A stretch of 64,000 nucleotides of DNA from an uncultured Bacteroidales bacterium (lineage in GTDB: Bacteria; Bacteroidota; Bacteroidia; Bacteroidales; UBA12077), in assembly GCA_964585385.1 (NCBI GenBank), contig CAZPDP010000001.1, positions 123,839 to 187,838 of the forward strand, given 5' to 3'. Below the pieces are notes generated by a model. It had not been told where the DNA came from. It saw only the letters and a program-made list of their open reading frames with translations, and did not search any database. Shown here in pieces: positions 55,012-63,936 of the stretch. Position 1 is the stretch's first letter; the number at the start of each line of letters is the position of its first letter. Made by a program: the position numbers and the translations under genes.

Positions 55012-57147
55012 TTGCCACAAAAAATCGATTCAGTAGGGGTTTTAGAAAGGACTCTAAAGCAGTATTTTGGTTTTGAAGCATTTAAACCTCTGCAAAAAGA
55101 GGTTATAACGAATGTTATGAATGGTATGGACTCTGTTGTCCTGATGCCTACTGGTGGGGGTAAATCACTAACCTATCAGCTACCAGCAATCATGAGGAAG
55201 GGCTTAACACTTGTTATTTCTCCATTAATTGCCCTGATGAAAGATCAGGTGGAGAGTTTGAGAGCCAATGGAATACCTGCTGCTTATTTAAACTCTTCAC
55301 TAACAACTGACCAGGTAATAGAAATCAAGCAACAATTGGCTAACCGGTCTTTAGATCTTTTATATATTGCTCCCGAGCGCTTGTTTTCCGGTAATTTTAC
55401 AGAGTATTTGAAAAACCTGGATATTAATCTGATAGCAATTGACGAAGCTCATTGCGTGAGTAGTTGGGGACACCATTTCAGACCAGAATACAGAAAACTA
55501 TCCGTGCTTAAGAAAATATTTCCCCATATACCGGTGGTAGCACTCACTGCCACAGCAGACAAAGCCGTTCGGGCAGATATAGGGAATTTGTTAAATTTGA
55601 GAAATCCCCGGTACTTTATTTCCTCTTTTGATAGACCAAATTTAACTCTTTCTGTTTTACCCGGCCAAAAAAAGTGGGAACAGATCATACGGTTTGTGCG
55701 TCGCCATCCAGGGGAGAGTGGTATCATTTATTGCCTCAGCAGAAAAAACACAGAAACGCTCGCTCAAAAGCTAAAAGCCGCTGGTGTTAAAGCAAAGCAT
55801 TATCATGCCGGACTTGAAAATGGCGATAGACAGAAGACACAGGAGGAATTTCTGCAGGGAGATATTGATATTATTTGTGCTACGATTGCTTTTGGTATGG
55901 GCATTGATAAACCCAATATCCGGTTTGTCATCCATTATAATATGCCCGGAAATCTGGAGAGTTATTACCAGGAAATTGGAAGAGCCGGCAGGGACGGAAA
56001 ACCTGCAGATACGATACTTTTCTACAGCTACCGGGATATACAAACCCAGCTTTCTTTTATTAATGAAATTGAAGATGAGCAGTACCGAAAAATACAGATA
56101 GCCAAGCTGAAAAGGATGCAGGAATATGCCGAAGCCCAGATTTGCCGGAGAAAGATACTCCTGAGTTATTTCAGTGAAGTCCTTGAAGAGGATTGCGGTA
56201 ATTGCGATGTATGCAAAAATCCACCCAGATTCTTTGATGGTACCATGCAGACACAGATTGCCCTCTCTGCTATTTACCGGATGAAACAAAAGGCTAACGT
56301 TTCCACTCTTGTGGATGTTCTCAAAGGTTCTTATTCTGATACTGTAAAGGCCAATGGATTTCATGAAATTAAAACCTTTGGTAAAGGAAGGGATCTTTCA
56401 GCTTTTGCTTGGCAGATGTTTATTCAGCAAATGATTCAGCAGGGTATTGTGGAGATGGATTATAAAGATCACTCTACTTTGAAGCTAAATGCTCTCAGTA
56501 AGAAGATTTTGTTTGAAAACAAGAAAGTTAAACTGATTTCCCCGGAAGTAATAAAAGAAAGACAAAATTCCAAAGCTGCAGAAAGACCTCAAAAACAGAC
56601 AAAAAAGGAACTGGCAAAACAGGAATTGTTTGATGAGCTGAGAAAGCTGAGAAAAGAAATTGCTGATAGAATGGATAAACCTGCATTCTCAGTCTTTACA
56701 GACAACACCTTATATGATATGGTCGAAAAACTCCCTGGTAATTATGATGAGTTTCTCGAAATTGAAGGAGTAGGAGAATACAAAGCCAGCCAGTTTGCCA
56801 ATATCTTTCTGAAAACGATAGCAAGATTTCTCTCCGGTAACAATCAGACAGATACCTACAAAACAACATGGGCGCTATACAACCAGGGAATGAAAGTAGG
56901 AGAAATAGCTGAAAAACGAAATATTCAAACTACGACCGTATATTCACACCTGGCCAAATTAATTCAGGATGGCTATGATGTTAATCTCTTTGATTTGGTT
57001 ACTGAAAAGGAATTTATTTCAATAAAAAAGGCAGCTAAGGAATTAGGCCTTAACGAAAAACTAAAATTATATTTTGAACTCTTAAAAGGGGAGGTGGCTT
57101 ATGGAAAAATCCGTTTGGTATTAAGCTATCTTCAGTTAAGAAACTGA
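55012..57147 (+). CDS. recQ: ATP-dependent DNA helicase RecQ
   Basis: 'MPTGGGKSLTYQLPA', 'IDEAHCVSSWGHHFRPEY', 'YHAGL', 'ATIAFGMGIDKPNIRFVIH' and a Zn finger 'CGNCDVC', plus an HRDC-like region. The only in-frame start after the upstream stop is the TTG at 55012. Confidence 0.92.
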   Translation: MPQKIDSVGVLERTLKQYFGFEAFKPLQKEVITNVMNGMDSVVLMPTGGGKSLTYQLPAIMRKGLTLVISPLIALMKDQVESLRANGIPAAYLNSSLTTDQVIEIKQQLANRSLDLLYIAPERLFSGNFTEYLKNLDINLIAIDEAHCVSSWGHHFRPEYRKLSVLKKIFPHIPVVALTATADKAVRADIGNLLNLRNPRYFISSFDRPNLTLSVLPGQKKWEQIIRFVRRHPGESGIIYCLSRKNTETLAQKLKAAGVKAKHYHAGLENGDRQKTQEEFLQGDIDIICATIAFGMGIDKPNIRFVIHYNMPGNLESYYQEIGRAGRDGKPADTILFYSYRDIQTQLSFINEIEDEQYRKIQIAKLKRMQEYAEAQICRRKILLSYFSEVLEEDCGNCDVCKNPPRFFDGTMQTQIALSAIYRMKQKANVSTLVDVLKGSYSDTVKANGFHEIKTFGKGRDLSAFAWQMFIQQMIQQGIVEMDYKDHSTLKLNALSKKILFENKKVKLISPEVIKERQNSKAAERPQKQTKKELAKQELFDELRKLRKEIADRMDKPAFSVFTDNTLYDMVEKLPGNYDEFLEIEGVGEYKASQFANIFLKTIARFLSGNNQTDTYKTTWALYNQGMKVGEIAEKRNIQTTTVYSHLAKLIQDGYDVNLFDLVTEKEFISIKKAAKELGLNEKLKLYFELLKGEVAYGKIRLVLSYLQLRN

Positions 57148-57155
57148 AACCCAAA

Positions 57156-57172
57156 TTGAGCGATTTTCGCTC
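57156..57172 (+). terminator. Weak hairpin after recQ
   Basis: TGAGCGA-TTT-TCGCTCA (7-bp stem) followed by a poor T-tract (TGTTATTG). Confidence 0.3.
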
Positions 57173-57316
57173 ATGTTATTGTAAATGTGTTTTACTCCTA
57201 TTCTGGGTTGCTTTCAAACTATTCTAACCCGAATAATTAACTTCGTTGAGGGCTTCGCCGTTCAAAAATTATTCCTGTCTCCGACAGCCTTATCATTTAC
57301 TATTTGAAGGTTGCTA

Positions 57317-57481
57317 TTACTCTTCAATTCTGAGTTCTGTTGTATTTTTATATCCATCCATAAAACCCTTTTCCAGGGCCTCAATGTTTTCTTCCCAGTA
57401 TAAAATTAATTCAAGCAATAAAATAAACACTATTCCAAGGAAGAAAAATAGTGCGTCTCTTTTTGTAATCTTTGATTTCAT
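57317..57481 (-). CDS. Small (54 aa) single-TM protein, not in the ORF track
   Basis: My translation: MKSKITKRDALFFFLGIVFILLLELILYWEENIEALEKGFMDGYKNTTELRIEE*. The ATG lies 50 nt downstream of the 57532-58149 gene on the same strand. It has a positive-inside N-terminus and one hydrophobic helix. Confidence 0.3.
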   Translation of the reverse strand: MKSKITKRDALFFFLGIVFILLLELILYWEENIEALEKGFMDGYKNTTELRIEE

Positions 57482-57531
57482 AGAATTCGATTTTTACGAG
57501 TCAGCAAATTTATTATTTGATTCCTATAGTT

Positions 57532-58149
57532 TTAGTTAACATATTCAAGGTAATTATTGAGTAGTCTCTTAGCATTTTTATAAATTTCATTTTCCAGATT
57601 TTCTTTTTGTGCCTCAAGGAATTGCTGAACGCTCAATATCTGTTTTTTTCGTAGCTGGTTTTCTTCAAACTGCAGCATGAGGTCAATCAGGTAAATTCCA
57701 AGCAATTTACCTTCAAGTAATTCAAAGTTTGGATCATCCAGGTCTTCCATAATTGAAAGCTCTGCATACTCAATAAAAGTATAGGCCTTATTGTAATGGG
57801 AAACCAAAGCTAAAGAAGCATAACAGTATGCTCGTCTGAGTTTTTTTCTGCGGTAATCAGGAGAATCTTCGTATATATTTTCGGCGTTTTGATAAATAAG
57901 TCTGAATAAACGCTCTATTTCATGGTTGTAGTCCATGGTAAGATTTTTTGTATCTCTTTTTAATACATTTCTGCTAAGAATATTGACAACAGTGTCGGTT
58001 TTGGGTTTATGCATGGGATTGAAATCTTTATATTCCATGCACTGAATGATAAGGTTCTTGGTTTTTTCAATCAAATCGTTCCGCTGTGAGAAAGATGGCA
58101 GACTAATCAATCCTGCAAACAAAATAACTAATATCTTTTTCATGATCAT
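57532..58149 (-). CDS. Hypothetical secreted helical protein
   Basis: 205 aa with signal peptide 'MKKILVILFAGLISLPSFSQ'. The helical body is possibly TPR-like ('AYCYASLALVSHYNKAY'). No family recognised. Confidence 0.45.
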   Translation of the reverse strand: MIMKKILVILFAGLISLPSFSQRNDLIEKTKNLIIQCMEYKDFNPMHKPKTDTVVNILSRNVLKRDTKNLTMDYNHEIERLFRLIYQNAENIYEDSPDYRRKKLRRAYCYASLALVSHYNKAYTFIEYAELSIMEDLDDPNFELLEGKLLGIYLIDLMLQFEENQLRKKQILSVQQFLEAQKENLENEIYKNAKRLLNNYLEYVN

Positions 58150-58387
58150 TGGATTTTCTGATTGCTAAGGTAAAGCAAAAATTAGAATGAAGAATAAAAA
58201 CTACTGTATATTTTATTTGAGCGAAAATCACTCAATTTGGGCAGTAAAGAGTCACATACTCAATCAGACAGGTTATTCAAACAGTATTTTATCCAAAAAC
58301 CCTCCCTGCTTCCTTGATTTATGGTATAATTTTATTAAGCGACAAGGCAAATGTCCAGGTCTAGTAGCAAACACCTATTGCTAAAAT

Positions 58388-58515
58388 GCGCGTTAGCCCG
58401 GCAAAATCGCGTGGGGTAGGGTGGAAATGAATGAGGGTAGGCTGATTTCAAGTCCGGCCCCTGACGGATTTACCCAGCGTTTTTTTGTACCTTTTTTGGG
58501 GCAATGCCAAAAAAG
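58388..58515 (+). other. GC-rich structured island plus A/T hairpin (candidate small RNA or degenerate element)
   Basis: 58388-58479 is ~59% G+C by my count against an AT-rich background. CGCGTGGGGTA (58408-58418) can pair with TACCCAGCG (58471-58479), followed by T7. A perfect 9-bp hairpin CTTTTTTGG / CCAAAAAAG lies at 58491-58515. Confidence 0.25.
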
Positions 58516-58567
58516 TTAAAAGCATTAGATAAAAATACAGTAGACTATAAATCGTAATATTGAAGAG

Positions 58568-58601
58568 AAAAAAAAAGGAAAATAGGTTCATTTACTTTCC
58601 T
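58568..58601 (-). terminator. Terminator after the mevalonate/UbiA operon
   Basis: Stem AGGAAA / TTTCCT flanked by A9 on the + strand (T9 on the minus strand), ~30 nt beyond the UbiA stop. Confidence 0.5.
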
Positions 58602-58628
58602 GCTATTTTTTTTTGTTATAATGAAATC

Positions 58629-59567
58629 TTAAAAGGTCTCCATCATAACTGAAACAGCAATAAGAAGATCAGTAGCCAAAACAGTTATTACGTTCATTCC
58701 CAACGCAGGAATCAGTTTAGGGGTATCATTCCTGTATTTGATAGCGCCCGTTGTTGCTTTGAAAGCAAAGGGCAATGGCAGCAATGCCAGCATAAACCAT
58801 GGACTGACTATATTGAATAAGGCTGAACCAATTATCACTCCAAATGTAGCAATCATACCACCTGCATATACATAGGCTGCATTTTTTCTACCCAGCCATA
58901 TCACGAGGTGATTTCGTCCACCCTGTTTATCGGCTTCCAGATCAGGGAATTCATTGATAAGTAACAGCAGGGCAGTAAGAATTCCCGGGGGGATGGACAT
59001 TAATAAAACATCCTTAGGGAAAAGTTCAGCTACCGGCATTCCCTGAGATGCTGTCATCACAACATAACTGCCGAGGACCACAAAAGTTCCCAGTGTGAGG
59101 CCGGCAAAAAGCTCTCCAAGTTTTATTTTGGCTAACAGGGTTGTATAGAAAACAATGCTGAAAGCACCTATAACGGATAATGCCAAAATAATCCAATGAA
59201 CTGTTAATCCGAAATATATGCCTATCGCTCCTGATATTAGGAGTGTAATTACTGCCATTCTATAAACACTTTTGGAGCTAAGTTTACCGGAGCTAAGAAC
59301 TCCGCTTCCTCCGCTAAAAGGTGTGCGGGTGGTATTCTGATCTATTCCTGTTTTATCATCTGAATATTCATTGAACAAGTTCACTGAGATATGGGCCGAT
59401 ACAACTCCTATGAGGAGTAAAACAGCATATAATGGATTGAAGGCAGTTCCGGGCGGATGATATTTCCAGCCAAACGCTAAACCGATAGCCACAAGTAAAA
59501 CCGCCAGTAATAGAAATGGGGCTCTCATTTCTGCCAACCAAAGTTTAATTCTTTCTCTTCTATTCAT
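58629..59567 (-). CDS. UbiA-superfamily (MenA-like) aromatic prenyltransferase
   Basis: 312 aa, ~9 TM helices. First Asp-rich motif 'NEYSDDKTGID' and second 'NEFPDLEADK'. Confidence 0.8.
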   Translation of the reverse strand: MNRRERIKLWLAEMRAPFLLLAVLLVAIGLAFGWKYHPPGTAFNPLYAVLLLIGVVSAHISVNLFNEYSDDKTGIDQNTTRTPFSGGSGVLSSGKLSSKSVYRMAVITLLISGAIGIYFGLTVHWIILALSVIGAFSIVFYTTLLAKIKLGELFAGLTLGTFVVLGSYVVMTASQGMPVAELFPKDVLLMSIPPGILTALLLLINEFPDLEADKQGGRNHLVIWLGRKNAAYVYAGGMIATFGVIIGSALFNIVSPWFMLALLPLPFAFKATTGAIKYRNDTPKLIPALGMNVITVLATDLLIAVSVMMETF

Positions 59568-59646
59568 ATATTTAGATTTTTGATTTTATATGTAACAAAA
59601 TAGCTTTCTATAAGTTTAAATTGCCCAGTTTATTTATATTTTTTTA

Positions 59647-60621
59647 TTAGGGCAGATGATGGACATAGACTGGTATTACCTCCAGGTCTTTTTTTTCTAA
59701 TTTTTTTCTTACTTCGGGAAAATCATTGGTAAAACCTAGTAAAAATCCTCCACCACCTGAACCGCATAATTTGAGGTAGTAATTGTCTTTTTCCAGACCT
59801 TTTCTCCATAGAGTCCTAAAACCCTCAGGAATCATGGGGTTAAAATGTTTCAACTGGAATGAAGAGAGTTGACTCAAGGATTCGAAGAATGACTCATTGT
59901 CTCCCATAATAATGGAATTAATCGCTTTATTGGTAACAGAATTCAGCAAATCAGAATCAATGGATTGACCGTTACTCTTTCTGACCTTTTCGAGAAAAAT
60001 ATTTACTAGCGGACCTGTTTTCTTTGTGCTTCCCGTATTAACCAGAAATACAGCGAATTCAGGATTTTTTGTTGGTAAATGTATGTCCACTGCCTGAATG
60101 TATTTGTTTTCAGTAAACAGAAGGGGTCTTTTGAGATAAGAGTTTAGCGGGTCAATACCGCTGCTTGTTCCATGGTAGAATGACTCTAGCTGTGCAAATT
60201 GTCTTTTAAGGTCTAAAAGTTTATTATTATCTACTTCATCAATATCGGGTTTGTTCTTAGCGTATTTATTATAAATGGCTGCAATTAAAGCTCCAGAGCT
60301 GCCCACACCGTATCCATCCGGTATGGTTGATTCAAAATAGAGACCACTGTCCAGGTCTTTGGCAAACCTGTCAATATCAATATCAGTAATGAGATTAGAT
60401 TCTTTGCTTAATTTTTTTAGATACCCGAGATAACTGTATAGATTGAGATTGGACCATTTGGCATAATCGTAGTCGGTATAATTATCATTGAATACATAAC
60501 TTAATTCACCATTAAAATGACTGTAGGGTATAGTAAGAGCCATACTGTTATTAATGACTGAATACTCCCCAAAAAGCATTATTTTCGCATAATATATATT
60601 CGGATTCTTTTTTATGCTCAT
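59647..60621 (-). CDS. GHMP-family kinase (mevalonate or phosphomevalonate kinase)
   Basis: 'KIMLFGEYSV' N-terminus, GHMP motif 'PDGYGVGSSGALIAA' and 'KLCGSGGGGF'. 4-nt overlap with the upstream decarboxylase gene. Confidence 0.65.
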   Translation of the reverse strand: MSIKKNPNIYYAKIMLFGEYSVINNSMALTIPYSHFNGELSYVFNDNYTDYDYAKWSNLNLYSYLGYLKKLSKESNLITDIDIDRFAKDLDSGLYFESTIPDGYGVGSSGALIAAIYNKYAKNKPDIDEVDNNKLLDLKRQFAQLESFYHGTSSGIDPLNSYLKRPLLFTENKYIQAVDIHLPTKNPEFAVFLVNTGSTKKTGPLVNIFLEKVRKSNGQSIDSDLLNSVTNKAINSIIMGDNESFFESLSQLSSFQLKHFNPMIPEGFRTLWRKGLEKDNYYLKLCGSGGGGFLLGFTNDFPEVRKKLEKKDLEVIPVYVHHLP

Positions 60622-61715
60622 ACGTCTTTATTAATTTTTTCCGGTCCGTTGCCTGTAAAATCATGAAAAACTTTTCCCTCTTCGCAGTATTCCAGTAATT
60701 CAGAATTGATAAATTCTCTTACCGACTCTTTTACCTGGATCGGGTAAATTACATGGACATTAGGGCCTGCATCAAGAGTGAAAGTGACCGGCACATTCTT
60801 ATTTTTTCGGTAATTTCTAATTTTATTAATTATTTCAATTGTATGTTGGTTAAACAGAATGAACCCCGGCTCTGATGAGAGCATCAGGGCATGCAGGCTT
60901 AATGCCTCGTTTTCCAGCACTTCTGCAAATTTATTGAAATCACCTTCTTTTATGGCAATTCTAATCCGCTCCATATTATTCAGCGCCTGTTCAATTCTGG
61001 ATTCTTTATAAGGATGTGTATCCATTAGCTTATGTCCGCGAGAACTTGATACTTGCTTTTTCCCGGATGAAGTAATGAGTACTGAATCGTTAAGCGTTTC
61101 AAATGTTTGGTGTATTCTGTGGCTGAAAGGATGGGCAAATTCATCGGAGCCATAATCATGTTCGCCCCATTCAACGAAATTACCATAAACGGAACGTGAA
61201 GCGCTTCCTGAACCTAACCTGGACATATAGGAAGCTTTCTGGGAAAATCTTTCAGGGCTGTATTGTTCTTTTCTCAGATTATCTTCAATACTGCATATAC
61301 CTAAAGCAATTGAACTAAAGGCAGAAGCGGAAGAAGCGAGCCCTGATGAGTGAGGGAAATTGTTTCTGCTTTCAATATGCAAATCCAGGTGTTCCAGGAA
61401 TGGAAAATATACCTCAATTTTTTTCAGGTAGTTCTTTACGCGCTCACCAAAAGGATGGTTGTCGTCGTTTTCAAACCGAAAGTGGACTTTTCCCTTCTCA
61501 CTGGTGGTTCTTCGGTAATGTATTTCAGTGCGTGTTGTCAGGTTGCTTAATGTCATACTAAAAGAGGGGTTTATGGGTATTTGGTCACCCTTTTTCCCCC
61601 AATATTTTATAAAAGCGATGTTAGAAGGTGATTCCCAAGCCACAGTTTTGGGTAGTTCTGAAATATCCTCCCTCTTAATTTTTAATGCTTCAACTCTGTA
61701 TTTCTTATCAATCAT
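60618..61715 (-). CDS. Diphosphomevalonate decarboxylase
   Basis: 'SPSNIAFIKYWGK', 'SSGLASSASAF' and 'TLDAGPNVH' are typical MVD motifs. Confidence 0.85.
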   Translation of the reverse strand: MIDKKYRVEALKIKREDISELPKTVAWESPSNIAFIKYWGKKGDQIPINPSFSMTLSNLTTRTEIHYRRTTSEKGKVHFRFENDDNHPFGERVKNYLKKIEVYFPFLEHLDLHIESRNNFPHSSGLASSASAFSSIALGICSIEDNLRKEQYSPERFSQKASYMSRLGSGSASRSVYGNFVEWGEHDYGSDEFAHPFSHRIHQTFETLNDSVLITSSGKKQVSSSRGHKLMDTHPYKESRIEQALNNMERIRIAIKEGDFNKFAEVLENEALSLHALMLSSEPGFILFNQHTIEIINKIRNYRKNKNVPVTFTLDAGPNVHVIYPIQVKESVREFINSELLEYCEEGKVFHDFTGNGPEKINKDV

Positions 61716-62629
61716 CTTGTCTCAGTTTTTATAAGTTGGTCCCACGTGAAAAAAATACTCATATTATGACGTTCGAGATACCTTTTAAGTTCATTTTCTG
61801 TTTCTTTCCATGTTAAAAGCAGGAAATCGCCGCCCCATGCACCCAATGATTTTACTACACCCGGAAATTCCTGAAAATGTTGATCGCGGGCTTTTTTCTT
61901 TTGGAGTATACCTGAAAGTTTTTCTTCATGCTCAGATAAAGCTTTTTCAAATTCACTAAGTTTTTCAGTCCTCGTAATGCGATTGTTTATTGCTTCTATC
62001 TCTTCAGATATATTTTTGTTTTGAATGTTGTTTTTCATGAATGCATTTACCTCAGCCGCTGAATGTTGTTTTCTTCCTGTATAGACAAAATAAATATGGT
62101 TTTTGAAAGGGGGATTCCATTTAAATTCACTAAAAAAAGGTTGATCATTTTTTCGTTCATAGATAATAGGATTTCTGCTTTCTGCACATGCAATGTCGTA
62201 ACCCGAACCTCTTGTAATGATTCTATTCAATTTAAAAGGATTGATATCTAGCCATTTAGAAATATTGTTGATAAGGGTGGAGCTACTTCCCAGTCCCCAG
62301 CTAAGAGGAAAATCAAGAATTGTTTTAATATTCCAGCCTCCTTTATTTTCTTGTTTTTTTAATAAAAAGGCATTAACAAGTAAATTGCTGATAAACGCAG
62401 ATATAGCGGGATTATTAGTTTCAACAGTTTTAAAGTATTCTTTTGTAAAAGTTCCAGTGAATATTAACTCATCCTGGTATACAGTTTCCCAGTGAATCTT
62501 ATTATCATCGGCTGGAGAAATTTGTAACGTTTGCCCTAACCTGACTGGGAGAGCAATCGCCTGTGCACCCTGCAAAACAAGGTATTCGCCTGTAAGTAGT
62601 AATTTGCCATTAGAAACATATTCCTCCAT
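61712..62629 (-). CDS. GYDIA-type GHMP kinase (mevalonate-pathway kinase, exact step unassigned)
   Basis: 'GKLLLTGEYLVLQGA', 'SWGLGSSSTL' and the name-giving 'SGYDIACA'. 4-nt overlap with the MVD gene. Confidence 0.6.
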   Translation of the reverse strand: MEEYVSNGKLLLTGEYLVLQGAQAIALPVRLGQTLQISPADDNKIHWETVYQDELIFTGTFTKEYFKTVETNNPAISAFISNLLVNAFLLKKQENKGGWNIKTILDFPLSWGLGSSSTLINNISKWLDINPFKLNRIITRGSGYDIACAESRNPIIYERKNDQPFFSEFKWNPPFKNHIYFVYTGRKQHSAAEVNAFMKNNIQNKNISEEIEAINNRITRTEKLSEFEKALSEHEEKLSGILQKKKARDQHFQEFPGVVKSLGAWGGDFLLLTWKETENELKRYLERHNMSIFFTWDQLIKTETR

Positions 62630-62637
62630 GAGACTTG

Positions 62638-63936
62638 TTATTCAGTGTAATCAATAAAAGACTTTACTTCACTGTAGGATACGGGCCGGTTTGCGAAATA
62701 TTCTTTTGCTTTTTTCCTGGTTTCATCATCAATATTGAAACTCATAAGAATATTGTCGAGATGAAGTTTCATGTGGCCTTTCTGAATTCCGGTTGTAATT
62801 AGAGACCTAACGGCTCCAAAATTATTCGCTAGTCCTGCAGCTGCTACTATTTTCATTAAATCTCTGGCAGATGGATTTTTTAGGATTTCCATTGATTTTG
62901 CAGCCAATGGATGAAGTTTGGTTAATCCTCCTACAGTACCCAAAGCCAATGGTATACTTAATGAATACGAGAAGGTGCCATTTTGAATATTACAGTCGGA
63001 CAGGGAGGTATATTTACCGCTTTTAGATGCAAAAGCTTGTGCTCCAGCCTCAATTGCTCTGAAATCGTTTCCTGTAGCTATCACAACAGCGTCAATGCCA
63101 TTCATTATACCTTTATTGTGGGTTACTGCTCTCGAAACGTTTTTCTTAGCAATTTCAATCGCCTGATAAAATTTTTCTGCAAACTGTTCTCCGGTAAGCA
63201 ATTTGTCTGCATCATTTAATTTTTCAACAGTGCATTCCACCTTCATGGTGATGATAGATTCGGGAGTGTAATTCGAGAGTATAGACATAATAATATCCAG
63301 CTTACCTGGCTCGGAGATGTTTTCTTCAAGAACATTCGCTGATTTCTCAAGTACTGAGTTGATAAAATTGGCTCCCATGGAATCTGCGGTTTCGAATGTA
63401 AAGTCCAGCTCATAGTAGTAGGGAAAATCGTCAGTTCTGTCATTCAGTTCAATAGATATAATTCCTCCACCCCGTTTTTCCATTCTACCGGTTAGTTCTT
63501 TGTTTTGCTCAATAACAGAAGGTTTTAACCGGTTTATTTCCTGTCTGATTTCGGCTGAGCTGCCTTTCCATAAAAAGTGGATTTGCCCTTTTTTCCTGGT
63601 TGTAATACTTACCGTTTGAAAGCCTCCACGCTCATACCAAAATTTGGCACTTTTAGAAGCCGCTGCAACGACTGAACTCTCCTCAACAGCCATGGGGATG
63701 TGGTATAAATCTCCATCAATAAGGAAATTAGGGGCTATCCCATAAGGTATATGAAAATTGGCAATCGTATTCTCGCTAAAGTTCTCAAACTTTGTTTGAA
63801 GCTCTTTATCAGGAAGTCTGCTTTTTTCCATCGTAAGTATTGACTCCTTGGGATCTTCCAGACATTCCGAAATTCGTTTTACCTTTTCGTCTCTCCCCAG
63901 TTTACTAAATCCCTGAAAATATTTTATTTCACTCAT
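62638..63936 (-). CDS. Hydroxymethylglutaryl-CoA reductase, class II
   Basis: 432 aa. 'ENTIANFHIPYGIAPNFLIDG..YHIPMAVEESSVVAAAS' and 'GAVRSLITTGIQKGHMKLH' match the class II (bacterial) pattern. Confidence 0.9.
   Translation of the reverse strand: MSEIKYFQGFSKLGRDEKVKRISECLEDPKESILTMEKSRLPDKELQTKFENFSENTIANFHIPYGIAPNFLIDGDLYHIPMAVEESSVVAAASKSAKFWYERGGFQTVSITTRKKGQIHFLWKGSSAEIRQEINRLKPSVIEQNKELTGRMEKRGGGIISIELNDRTDDFPYYYELDFTFETADSMGANFINSVLEKSANVLEENISEPGKLDIIMSILSNYTPESIITMKVECTVEKLNDADKLLTGEQFAEKFYQAIEIAKKNVSRAVTHNKGIMNGIDAVVIATGNDFRAIEAGAQAFASKSGKYTSLSDCNIQNGTFSYSLSIPLALGTVGGLTKLHPLAAKSMEILKNPSARDLMKIVAAAGLANNFGAVRSLITTGIQKGHMKLHLDNILMSFNIDDETRKKAKEYFANRPVSYSEVKSFIDYTE

Noticed and set aside
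55771-56364. 197-aa minus-strand ORF (plus 55449-55727 and 55784-56101) inside recQ
   Set aside because: It is entirely antisense to or overlapping a RecQ reading frame with unmistakable helicase motifs. The product is low-complexity with no motifs, as expected for shadow ORFs in AT-rich DNA.
57246-57539. 97-aa + strand ORF after recQ
   Set aside because: It has a non-ATG (TTG) start and a Ser/Phe-rich low-complexity product. The opposite strand carries a more protein-like 54-codon TM ORF in operonic position.
58187-58384. 65-aa + strand ORF, and the 47-codon minus-strand ORF 58448-58591 in the 58.15-58.63 kb spacer
   Set aside because: There is no ribosome-binding context or motif. The minus-strand ORF runs through a homopolymer tract, a terminator hairpin and the GC-rich island, so it is more likely non-coding.
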